Source: Spizellomyces punctatus DAOM BR117 | Lineage: Eukaryota | Reading direction: 5' to 3' (one strand) | DNA: 64,000 bases | Assembly: GCA_000182565.2 (NCBI GenBank) | Contig: KQ257452.1 | Part shown: piece after piece, positions 49,399 to 64,000 of the stretch | Position numbering within the stretch: the stretch's first letter is position 1 | Layout: each line of letters opens with the position of its first letter | Made by a program: the position numbers and the translations under genes | Notes under the pieces: generated by a model | Databases searched by the model: none | Told to the model about the DNA's origin: nothing | What the model saw: only the letters and a program-made list of their open reading frames with translations

Positions 49399-50571
49399 AT
49401 GTCATCCACACTCGACTATCTCAAGCAGTACACCACCGTGGTCGCGGACACGGGAGACTTTGAATGTACAGTGTTTCAACAAGGACTTGTTGTTGGAACT
49501 ATACTGACCTGCCTTGCCTTTCCTTCACAGCCATCGCTGCCTACAAGCCCCAAGACGCCACAACAAACCCATCGCTCATCCTCCAAGCGACCCAAAAACC
49601 AAACTATGCTCACTTGATCGATACTGCCGTCCAGTACGCCAAGAAGAAGGGTGGAAGCCTTGATGAGCAGGTCGAACTCGCGGTTGACAAGTTGGTTAGT
49701 TCAATAATGAAGAGAAACTGTCCAAAATTTTCAAATATCTAATGCATGCGTTAGTTGGTGAACTTTGGTTCCGAAATCCTCAAAATCGTCCCTGGCCGAG
49801 TCTCAACTGAGGTTGATGCCCATCTGTCCTTCGACACTGAGGGTACCATCAAGAAAGCTCTGGAAATCATTGCTTTGTACAAGGAGGCCGGCGTCGACTC
49901 TAACCGAGTCCTCATCAAGATTGCTTCCACCTGGGAAGGAATTCAAGCTGCCCGCGTCCTCGAACGCGATCACAACATTCACTGTAACCTCACCCTTTTG
50001 TTTTCCTTTCCACAAGCTGTTGCCTGTGCCGAAGCAGGTGTGACGCTTATCTCTCCGTTTGTGGGACGTATTCTGGACTGGTACAAGGCAAAGACTGGAA
50101 AGGATTACCGGGGTTCCGAAGACCCTGGCGTCCAGTCTGTCCAGAAGATCTACAACTATTACAAAAAGTATGGCTACAAAACCATCGTCATGGGTGCCAG
50201 CTTCAGAAACGTGGAGGAGATTGAAGAGCTGGCTGGCTGCGATTTCTTGACGATCAGCACGAAATTGTTGGAGGAATTGGCTAAAACGACCAAGCCTATC
50301 GAACGCAAGTTGAGTCCTGAGAAGGCGCAGGCTTTGGACATCCCCAAAGTGTCTTACGACGAGAAGAAGTTTAGATGGGAGTTGAACGAGGATGCTATGG
50401 TATGCGTCGGGTTATGATTATCAGTACTACGTTGGTGTGTGATTGGATGCGCATTGAATAACTGACAAAATTTCTAACTAGGCAACCGAAAAGCTTGCTG
50501 AGGGTATCCGGAACTTTGCTGCGGACGGCAGGAAGCTCAAGGACAATATTAAAGCGAAACTCCAAGCGTAG
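49399..50571 (+). CDS. TAL1: Transaldolase
   Basis: [56 protein letters not shown] and MGASFRN; 3 introns. Confidence 0.97.
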
Positions 50572-50725
50572 AGCGCAGGATTTAGCTCTAGAACGGGGCA
50601 CTATGTTCATAGCATCTACACTCTTGTGGTCTGATCATGCACTTTTGCATGAGTGCACATATCTGTAATGAGCGCAACAGGGATTCTGTAATGTAGTTTC
50701 TGTGTGACAGTTTTATGCAGTGTTT

Positions 50726-53202
50726 TTATCGGATACTCTTATCTAGCATCTCTGGATCCATCAGTACCACGTCTCTCAGCACCTTGCCAAACGTGAGGCT
50801 GACTGCATCCTGGAATTTTGCGAGAGCATCCAGAGGTGAATCAGTGTCCTGTAGCGGATATGCATTCCGGAGGATCGAGCGCAGTTCTGCCATTGGCATT
50901 GGAAGCTTCAATTCTACAGTATGAGAACAGTTCAGTACAGATTGAAACATCCACAAACAAGAAAAAAATGGTGTCTCTAAAACACACCTTCCAGAAGATT
51001 CCCAACGCTCTCGACTAAACTCGGAAACGCTTTAGCAATATTTACCAAAACCCCTACAATCGTTTCCGTCCAGCCTTCTACCCGTGGGGGAAAAGGAATT
51101 GTCGTTGCCGTGTCCCTGGACGCCTTAAGGTGCTTGTTATATTTGGAGAGATCAAGGCACAGGTGGGCGATGTTGGGTAGAATCAAATGCTTTGCTTGGT
51201 GGAGACTTGTAGAAAATGAGCAACACAATTCTGATACTACAAATCACACACTCTGGTGAAGACGCACCTTTTTTCGATTGGATAGGTTTCGCCCAACCAT
51301 CCAAACAATTGCAATCCAAATACCCTAACGCGAATATTCGGATGCTCGAGCATGCCTGGGACAAAATCAAAACACACATCTGCACAACAGTCGGTGTTTT
51401 ATTGATACGGGGTCTGCGGTAATGAAAACCAGAACAAACGCACGGACATGGAACACATACGCATAGAAGGCACGCCCTCCACAACCCCCTTTAATATTTC
51501 CACCGGAAACGTCTGGAATGCGACAACGCGTATCAGAATTGGATCTTCAATGAACATCTGGTGAATAAAGTCGTATATAAAGGGGCGGATTGATTCTGGA
51601 GTGGTAAAGCGTGAGAAGAGTACGTTCTTGGACGTCAAACGGCAGAACTGGGTATTACCCTCGCCGCCGACTAGTCCTTCGAGAAGACATTGGATGATGG
51701 CCGCGTCTTGGGTTTGTATGAGGGTATCTATTGTTGTTGGAGGTAGGTATGCCTCCGGCTAACCAACCCCACATTAGTAAGTTTGCTTCACCTCCTCTGG
51801 ATGCACAAATTACAAACCTTTATTCCGCCGGCCCATAGTTTCCTCCATCGATGTTTCGAGGCAATCATGTAATACGTCAAGACCTATCCAATTCCCCATC
51901 CGCGAGCGGTCAAAAACCTGTCCAAGAAAGGACATGCCGATAACGCTTACCCGCAGGAAAATTCTTAAGGCGCCTCGTCTGAATACCTCTCGACATGAGA
52001 AGACAATCAATGGATCCATAACGAGTGTATGGTGATCATAAGGCTTTGCATTCCTATCGAAACTTTTCTTAATACCAAGCATTACGGTGGAGAGGCAGAC
52101 GCGATACGAACAAAGGCCTCAAGGTATTCACAGTCGCCAGACATGTTTCACGGGGATTGATCGTGTATAATGATATCCAAAGGGAAAAGAATTGTGTGCT
52201 GATGTCTGATGTGGTTCTAGTGCGCTGTTATATCAGCCGTGGTGCGTGTCAATGCTATATCGGTGTGTGACATACTGAGGGTTTGTGATGCGGGGTAGTA
52301 GGTTTGTGGTAACGGTCGCGAAATGAGTTTGGAGGTCCATCAATGTTAGGGAATCCAGATACGATATAACTGGCGATATCCCCCATTTCGAAATCTCAGA
52401 AAATGGAAATCGTGTAATATTAACAATGTCGCTGCTCTCACCTGCACGAAGATCCTCTTCTTTCCCACTACTTAATAAAATATTGACATCCGCTGCCTCC
52501 ATCTCTTTGCCTATCAAAGCAAAACCCCTGACAGCCGCGGGCACCACCGCACTCTTGTCCCTGCAACCCTCCTCGCAGAGAAATCCACCGACATCGAGAA
52601 CCTCTGGATACTGGGCGCACATGAGTGCCCAGAAACGAGGATATAGAGTGTGGTATGTGGGTTGGTTTGAAGGATCCTCGACATGAGAGAGAATTTGCTT
52701 CGTTGGGATACGGTCCAAGAGGTTATCGGTATACTCCTCCACTGCACATTACAGTTAATAGCGAGTACGACAACGGGTGCTCTGCAAAGTCGGACATACA
52801 TTCGTAGATGGGATCACCGCCTTGTTTTTGCAGACCTGATCTTCGTTCCTCTACCATATCGTTATAGAGCAAAACGTAGTATAAAGCAAGGACATGTCGT
52901 GCTGATATGGTCTTCCGGTTTTCAAATAGGAGAGCTATATCTGCTTCAGATATCCCGGTTACCGGTCCTCTTTTACCAACACTGGAAACCTCATATAGTC
53001 ACTACCGAAAACATGGTCCAACTGAGACGAGTGTAAACTACCTTTCGACGTATAGTTCGAGTGCTTTCGGCAAAACAGGGTCCAGCGGGACATGGGCATT
53101 CTTAATTTGGTCGAAAGTCCACTGCTGAATGTCTACATTGGGTTTGGGTAAGATGTCACCGCGAAGGATCTGGCAGACTATGCGGGTAGATAGGGAAACC
53201 AT
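50726..53202 (-). CDS. INTS2: Integrator complex subunit 2-like protein (C-terminal half only)
   Basis: IQQWTFDQIKNAHVPLDPVLP, YTDNLLDRIPTKQIL, DPLIVFSC and IHQMFIEDPILIRVVAFQTFP...GVPSM(H)CLDFVP match, in order, INTS2 blocks as recalled from memory. Confidence 0.8.
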
Positions 53203-53333
53203 TTAAGTTTCATTCCCAAGATCTACATTCACCTCCCTTTGGCCGACGAGGTGTCAGGTGCTAAGTCGCGCGTTCACAGTCGCGTTGCCAGCGAACGGGC
53301 TCTTGAGCATATTCAAATACTCACGACATCAAA

Positions 53334-53866
53334 ATGTTGAGCAACACAAAGGTGAATGTCCCTTGCTTCAAGTTCACATGCCGTTCAGATCGACCTTACA
53401 TAAATCCATGTAGCCCTCAATGGACAGCGCAATCCGAAAGCTAAAGGTTCAAACGGGCGCAGTAAAACGGTACGCAACGTCGTGCTGCTGCTGGCCTCAA
53501 CAATTCCTAACGTTCATCGTACCAGCATAAGCAAGGACCTTTCATATTATGAAAAGGAAGCAGCTAAACAGCAGGAACGAATCGATAAACTCGTCGCGGA
53601 CGGAGCTGACGAACACGACATTCGCAAACAAAAAGAGGTATTGGAGGAGACCAACCAGATGCTTCCAGAGAGTAAAAAGAGGCTTGCAGCTGCGTATAAA
53701 GAGTTGGCGGATTTGGTAGAGAAGTATTTGGTAAGTAGAGATTTGCTGAGCTGTCTTTCTAATTGGTATTGATGGGGCCTCTCTGCAGAGTGCTGCTGGA
53801 TCTGAGGAAGTTGCACCTGAGGAAGTTCTAGCTGCTCAAACAGTGTTGCAAGAAGTGCGGGTATAA
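53334..53866 (+). CDS. TBCA: Tubulin-specific chaperone A (TBCA/Rbl2)
   Basis: RKLKVQTGAVKRISKDLSYYEKE...GADEHDIRKQKEVLEETNQMLPESKKRL; 3 introns. Confidence 0.92.
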
Positions 53867-53896
53867 TAACCAAGATGTACATATAATATAATAATT

Positions 53897-56800
53897 TCAT
53901 AAATATCTACGAACATCCCCGATCGCTCCGATGCACTTCTTGGCCTGTTCCCTCACCAACACGGCCCCATCCCCAGAGCACATCCCCTTTAACTTGGCCA
54001 TAACATCATGAATGCTAATAAACTGGGTCATCTCCGCATCCGACAAGCTTCTTACAATATGATACAAAATGTGCAATAAGTTTAATCGAACCATTGTTTC
54101 AGGGTGAGAGAGATGTGAGCAGATTTTTTGACCGAACAAGGAATAGCGGGCAATCGAGCGGCAGATCTTCGACGATGCCACTAGGATTCGTTGGAAGGGA
54201 GTGAGAATGCTTTCGAATGTTGCCGCTTCAGCTTGGCAGAATGCCAAGACCAACTTTTCCGCGTGGTGCGACAAGCAGAGTTGACTCTCGATTTGGTCGC
54301 TGTCGTTCGACATCCTGCGATTATTCGATCAATATAATTATCAAGATATATTGCCTCACTTCATGTTCGGTTGACAGTATGCTTACCATGTGGAGATAGC
54401 CTCGAGCGCGTCCACTTGCCAGCATGGATCCACTAGTAACGAAATGAACGACAACAATGCACCGTTCTGCCACAGTATTTTCCTGCATGTAGCACCAGCA
54501 TTGACCATATCGGTCAAGATTGGTATGGCAAATTGCTTTAGAGGACTTCTCGTTTCCACAAAGCCTTGAAGGCAAGGCACGGCACCCTCAAGAGCAGCCG
54601 CTAGTTGCCGAGATTTGTTGAGACGACACAGGTTATACAGAGCATTCAAGGCTTGGTTTTGGATATCCTATGCATGCAGATGTCAGACACCACTTTGGCA
54701 TAGTTTAATCGACTAACTTACTGTGAAAAACGGTCCATCCCGCAAGGTCAATATTTGACACAGCGGTCGAATTACATCCGCTTTTTCAAGTGACCGCAGG
54801 GTTTCTGAATGCATGGTAACGTTCTTCACGCATTTTAAAACTTTAACCAGTATTGGGGCAGCCAATTGTGGTACGGTGTTCACTATCCCTGGAATAACCA
54901 TATTTAGATATGAAAAGTGCAACCGCGGACGTAGCTCGAATCAGGACATAGGTCAGGCATACCTCTGATGCAAGCGTCTTTTGCGAGCGACTCCTTGAGC
55001 GATACGTCGCCTTGAGAAAACATGACCAGCATATTGGCAATCTGATCAGTGTAACGATATGCTTCTGGATCCGTATCTTCATTCAGTTCACCAAAGACCC
55101 GTGATAATGATCTCAGTAGCCCGTGCTTCACGAAGAGATGGCAAATATCCGTTCGAGGGGTGGAACTCTATGAGTAGGCAACAGAGTTAAACTCGTCCAG
55201 GATGATTTTGTTAGCATGGTCCCACACCTGCAATTCCAACACTCCGGATATCCCGTCAATACCCGAAAAAATTAGAACCTTCGACGTCCGATAATCAACT
55301 TCCAACAGATTAACTAGCGCCCGAACACCACCGCACGCCATAAACATCCGTAGTGAGTTGGAACTGGTGGTGCAGACGCGTTTTAAGAAGAGCGCTGCTT
55401 CTTCACGGACGTTGAGACGATACTCTGAGTTCGTTAAATCAATGAGCGTATTCAGCCCACCAAGTAGGCATATGTTCTCCTGTATCAGCATGTCACGCTG
55501 TGCGCTCTACCTTGGTATTTAAGGGTTAGATTATCACTGTGGAGGTACCCTGGGTGAAAACCACGGACCTTATTTATCAATCGTAACATTGTCCACTGTA
55601 ATTGCTCGTCTCTTTGGAATTTCAGCGCATCCAGTATAGGCCCGATAGCATGATGAGTGATTAGCATTTTACTCGCTTGAGGATGAGTGTCAAGCAGAGC
55701 CAACTGACAGATGAATTGCATAACTGAGTTACGATGATGGATGAATGACGATCTTAACGGCCCAACCTACCGCTGCATCGCAGCTACGGCACAATACATT
55801 AGGGTCGTCCTCTTTTCGTAGGCGTTCGATGAACTCCACGACGCCCGATGTCATTGGTAGGGTATAGTCCTTCGCAACGGTTTCCTCGAATGCTGTACTA
55901 GTGATCAAAACGTGGTGGGATCCAAAGAGGAAACGCTAAGCTTCTTACCCATATTCTCCAGGACGCTTAGGAAAGGATCGTCTTCCGTGTCGCTATCTTC
56001 CTCGGAAGGCTTACTGGCAGCTGGCAACGCCAGCCAGCATGGGGCCTGCGATATGTTTACGTTAAATATACTTCGTTGTAAAATACAGAAATGGTATAGA
56101 AAGACACCTTGTGATCACTGGCATCAGGGCCCTGTTGGTCTGAATAAACGAAACTCTCATCATCAACAACTATCACTGAGGTAGTTCGTTTTTGCGCATT
56201 TAATACAACCTTTGCTTTTCGCCTGTAAATTCACATCAAATGGTTCAAAGTCGTTGTCCCAGACATCGCTACTCATGTCCGGTTCGCACAACTCCTCAAC
56301 GTCTGCTTTTGGAGGATTCGACGACGCAGTGAACTTTGTCGTGGACGCTGGTCGCAAAGGAGATGAGCGATCTGTTGTTGCCCGCTCTATTTGGAGGAGA
56401 AGAGTTTTGTTTATATACGTGACATGTGATAAAGATGTTATACTCTGAAGGCGCACTTTCACGGCTTCCTTTGCTTTGGGAGCTTGGAGATCTTGGAAGG
56501 CTTGACGCAGCTCTGGCGATTTGTCCGTCGTTCATGTCCTCTAGAATGTATTGCTGAAGATCTCGCGCCACTACCTGCAGAAATGTTACTATGCTACCTA
56601 TTTACCAAGTGGATGTGTCCGCCACGAAACCCTCACCCTTCTTCGTGCACTTTCGATCCATGGATGCTTTAGAAGCCTTTTGGCAGAGATCCGCAAATTG
56701 GCGTCTTTTTGAAAGCATTCCATGAGAAAATCTCGGAGCATCTGCCTCGAAGGGAAAGATCCCAAGTCAATATAGCATGATGCAATTGATGCGACAATAT

Positions 56801-58193
56801 GACACGTACCACAGAGGTTTGGGCAGGTAGGGATGGATGATCATCGTGAACAATGCGAAATAGCGCCGACATTGGTGCGAGTGTGTGATATGGTGGGTGA
56901 CCTTGTAGCAATTCAATGGCCGTGCAGCCGACACTCCTAGAGATCCATGTCTCAGCAGATGCACAAAATGGCTTTTGATTTTTTCAGTACCAAATGTCGG
57001 ACGCAGTCGTGGCACCGTGCAGTTCAATAACTTCAGGGGCCACTTTAAACAGGTGGTACATCGCCATGAGATAAAGAGCCTAGTCTGCCGAAAAACTTGC
57101 GGAACTTACTCCAATACGGAGATCCGGCAAATACTTTATTTGTAGCGTTAATCTTGCTCGCAATACCGAAGTCTGCCCAAATGCTGTGGGTTACTATCAA
57201 AGACCCAAGTATAGAAAATTATAAGAATTATACCGGCCAGCTTGACCTGCCCTTTCTTAGTTGTAAGGATGTTCTGCAAATAGGAGGAAAACCCTTCCAG
57301 TTATTATCATACTTGAGCTGATCGGCTGAAGTACCTACCGCAGCCTTGATATCACGATGAATGACACCTTGTTCATGCAAATAGACTAGACCCTCAAGTA
57401 CTTGGGCAATATAGAGAGCAACGAGATGCTCCGGAAAGCGACCAAATCTTCTACAAATATTCGACAAGGACCCATTTTCGCAGTATCTTCATGAATGAAA
57501 CAGATACCGGGTCATTTTATGGAAACGCGATTGAAGATAGAGATAAGATCTCAAGTGCCTACTCCATAATAATATTCAAGTATTCGGGCGTCTTGACAAA
57601 TCCTAGATATTGCACAATGTTGGCATGCTGGTTGGTGTCGCCAATCAATAACGATCCTGATGGCTTTTAACAATTATGTGATACATGCGGACTCACATTC
57701 AGCTCCTTCAGCAAATCAATCTCTCCCTGAAAGAGCAAGTCAGATATGAATAAGCCGAGAATGTTTATCAACTTATAACGGGAGTACCGCACCGTAATAA
57801 GAGTCAAGTCGGGTTTCGCGATATTGGAGAGCCGGAGCTGCTTCACGGCCACGACCTCTCCGGTCTCCGTAACAAGGCCAGAATACACGCACCCAAAGGC
57901 ACCCTTTCCCAAGCAATCTCCCAGTTGAATTGCATCTGCCAAGATAATCGTCATGGAGTGTCAAAGTGGGCATAGATCGGCCAGAAAGACATGTCCGACC
58001 AAATGGACAATCGATTACATAACGCGTTCTCATCACGTGATGATCGAGGAATCGGACCTGTGGGAGTTCGCACTTTTGAATCAATTGTGGAATCAACGCA
58101 TGGCACGTAATGCAGCCTCGAAATCCTTTTTGCTGGACTCGGATTTGTTTGACCCTGAGGACGGAGGTGGGTGCTCCACAGTAGGTGCGTCAT
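53897..58193 (-). CDS. Cdc15/Cdc7(Sp)/SepH septation-mitotic exit kinase
   Basis: [55 protein letters not shown] and [12 protein letters not shown]-like C-terminus with [18 protein letters not shown] and SPLKQFAIP. Confidence 0.9.
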
Positions 58194-58268
58194 GAACTTG
58201 TAACTTTTAGTTTGACCTGCTGCATGCAACTAGGTGCAGCCCGATCTACGGTGACCGATGCTTCCAAT

Positions 58269-61200
58269 ATGACCTTGGAAGCGGAAGAGCCCACCATTCC
58301 TGCGGTGTTGTCAGATACCCCCACGTCGGATGAGCTCGCAAAAAATTGCGAAACTTCTTCTGTCGGGGACACAGTAGCTGCCATCGCTGTACCGCCAGGG
58401 ATCACCGTGAGTTATTCATCTGTGCTTGCAGGTAAGCAGTGGAGACAGACTGTTACTGACCCCCTCTCAGGTGCCATTATACCCGCTCTTTCAGCGTCCT
58501 ATAAAAAAGAATCTGAAAAAATGCCCTAAGCCCATGCCCAAAGATACTAGTACAACCACAACGCGCCAACCAGCTTCACAGGTCTGAGTTTTCAAAAGGC
58601 AAATCGCTTTAATGACATACATCTCTGAATGCGGATCATCTGCATTCCGTCGCAGACCAGAACGGACTCTGCTGTCCTTGTCGGAGAAAGTCAGCCACCC
58701 CTCCAAGTGCCTGCTCTCGTCTCATCGACTACCCCTTTGGCTCCTCCTGAAAAATCTATTAACGATATCCTCAAATCGAAGGGTATATCGAATTTCTTCA
58801 ATCCTCGAAGGACCGAAAACGGCAATAATGCACGTCAGGGCTCAAAACAAGCGGTCACAGCATACTTTCCCGACTCATTTTGTTGCCATGTTGGTGCAAC
58901 GCATCACTTGACTGGTCAGACCAGTAATCTGGCACCCGGATTTCATCCCAAATCAGATACCAGCACGGATCTCCAGCCCAGTGGTGATAGTATCGGAGCG
59001 ATGCATGACTTTCTCAGAGGTCGTACTACCCGACGCGTGTGTCAAGAGGAGAAAAAGCTCAGCAGCGGTCAATCTATTCCCAAAGTGAAGGCCAACAGAT
59101 CTGCTCTCTCGCGCCTCCTGCGTTGTCTGTACTCGTCCGATGCTCTCTTTACTCCGGCATGCAAAGCTTTGTACGATCAACTAATCAGCCCAAGCACCGG
59201 CTTCGGACCAGACGGCTCGATATTCAGTGACAAGCCGCTGGGACGACAACAGGAGGACGTGTCCTCAGCTCTTGAGCGTTGGCTAGAACACTGGAAATAC
59301 GCATCTTCCCACAAACCTCCGAAGAAGCGCAGAAAGCGGACTAGTGGTACGTGAAATTTGGCAGTGTGGACACACACAACCTGCTGAACTTTGAGGGCAA
59401 CAGGTTCGGACTCCGAGTCTCCGCTGAGTGATTGGGAAGATTATTGGGATGTGGAGTGGAACGCAGCCTCTAAGAATATCATGCTGATTGGCGCTCCGGG
59501 ATCTGGAAAGACCAGGTTAATACATTCGGCAGCAAAACGCTGCGGGTATAACGTATTGGAGATCAATGCTAGCTGCAGACGTAGTGCTAAAGACATTTTA
59601 ACGATTCTGACCGAGGCGACGCAGAGTCAGGCTCTTCCACCGAAGGACGGGGTCAAGTATCAAGAATGGGAACTATATGATACAAGGGATGGCCCACCCT
59701 TGCTGGAGCAACGTGAAGAGTCTTTGAACGCAGAGAGCGACGGTTTGGATGCATCCCAGGCAATTGTAGCTGTCCAGCAACTGGAAGGCGTGATACGAAC
59801 TGCCAAGAAGACGCGACGGCAAAACCTGATATTTTTCGACGAAGTAGACTTTTTGTCCGAGGATGATAAGGGGTTCTGGAAAAGCGTACTCACGTTGCTC
59901 GAAAATAGCAAATGCCCGGCTGCCTTCGCTTGCAATGGCAAGTCTTCATATGTCATTTGTTTTGTTGGGTACCATGAGTCTAACATTGCTGCAGATAATC
60001 CTCTGACACTGTCAAACCCAAGTATATCTAGCACCACGCTTCCTCTCCTCAAGGATCTAATCACTCCCCTGTACTTTACCCCGCCAAGCGTAGAAGAGCT
60101 AACTTGCTATAATCATCTGACACTTTTGTCCTTAAACACCTGGATCGAGGATCCCAGTGACCTGGCAAGATGGTCTGAGGCTGCCCGAGGAGACATCCGG
60201 AGATGCGTCCATCGGCTGCCGTTGGCGCTTGTGCCATCTTGCCGAGAGAGCAACTTGTGTGTTCATTGCGCGGAGGAGGAATTAGAGGTTGAGATGGTAG
60301 ATGTTGAATTGACGGACGCAGAAAAGGAGAACACGTTCTGCCTGATGCAATTACCGCCACAGTGTGGGGTGTCGTTCGAAGGAGCCGAGTCATTGGATTT
60401 TCTGCAGCTCAATAGTCCTATCTCCCATGACCCCCAGACTACGTCACCAGAGAGTACATATGATCCAGAGGATACCAAGCCGCCCACCACCGCCAACGGA
60501 CTTTATCCGGACTATGGCAGCTCAATCAACACCGCTGCGACTTGTACTGAAAATTTGTCGTTCATGGATACGGTTCTGCGTTCAACTCATTGGCGAATAT
60601 CACAGGTAACCAGCTTTTCATGAATCTTATCGACAGCGCTCCTGACTTCCGTCTTTTTGGCTGCCAAGATGCAAGAACCAGAGTTAGCATCTACATCCAT
60701 AGGCATGAACGCAGATGCATTATATGCATATTGTTCTATTGTTCAACCAGTATCATATCCAGTGGATGCAGCATCTGGTCTATGGGAAGAATTTTGGGAG
60801 GTGGACGTTCATGAAGAGAGGAAAGAGAAAAGGTATCTCGTTACAGTTCCTTTCGACATGTCTATCAATGCAAATTACTCAATGGACGCTACGATCTGCA
60901 ATACAGACCAGACTACGGAGATCTTGGTGATTTAATCTCATCAGGCACACCTGAACGCACTCTCGCACTCGATATTCTCCCCATGTTGACTCTGATGTTC
61001 CGATTGGATCGTGAAGATCCGTCAGCGCCCATCAGCGATTCGACTGAACTCGCGTCTCTCCTGGTAAAACGGCGGTTGCGACGATCTGCTAAACGCTATG
61101 TGAGGTGGTTCGATGGCATGGTGCCTGAAGAAATTGCCAATGCCTACGGACGAATAGCGTATGGCACAGGACCTGAGAATGGACCGTCGTTTGCAGAGGT

Positions 61201-61270
61201 GCTGAAGAAGAGGATGCAGGAGGCTCAGGCTCAGTTGGTTTATGAGGTAATGGACGATCAAGAGTGTTAG
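58269..61270 (+). CDS. ELG1: Elg1/ATAD5 RFC-like PCNA unloader (AAA+)
   Basis: Walker A GAPGSGKT, LEINASCRRSAKDI..EATQS, Walker B FFDEVD and DKGFW. PIP-like SKGISNFF. GC-AG intron 59938-59994 restores FACND. Confidence 0.83.
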
Positions 61271-61414
61271 ATTAGCTGTTTTGTTTATATAGAGTGCCAG
61301 ACAATAGAGCAATTGTAGATACTATTGTATTTGGTTATCTTGACGGACCGTCATGGGTTGATGAAGGGTGATATATATACAAAATAAAATTAAAAAAAGG
61401 GCACCTATGCACGT

Positions 61415-64000
<2,586 letters not shown>

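Overview
This is a 64 kb window of a compact, intron-rich fungal genome. The short introns and a retained Integrator subunit suggest an early-diverging lineage, probably a chytrid (inference). About 29 protein-coding genes were reconstructed by hand across their introns. They include HET-C, an SPX-RING E3 ligase, a tyrosine phosphatase, NDUFAF4-like, Mgm101-like, an FHA protein, an FAD oxidoreductase, UBE2S, an M28 peptidase, a GPI-anchored GDSL lipase, PMA1, two bZIPs, agmatinase, a MATE transporter, an ACT-family permease, a Nudix CoA hydrolase, LIP5, UTP17, TAL1, INTS2-like, TBCA, a Cdc15/SepH kinase, ELG1 and a partial RPC1. There are three assembly gaps, and no rRNA, tRNA, CRISPR array or recognisable transposon. 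The best candidate for an undescribed system is a four-gene block at 34.7-42.5 kb: a secreted agmatinase, a MATE exporter, a bZIP and an amine/GABA permease. Both of its divergent promoters are rich in GATA sites, which suggests a nitrogen-regulated agmatine/polyamine utilisation cluster. Other highlights are a half-length INTS2, a hidden 5-exon microgene, a TATA-driven spliced unit with only micro-ORFs (a Cys-UGA-Gly context), several GC-AG introns concentrated in the bZIP genes, a 1-nt frameshift in the agmatinase, and an FHA intron with no canonical donor.
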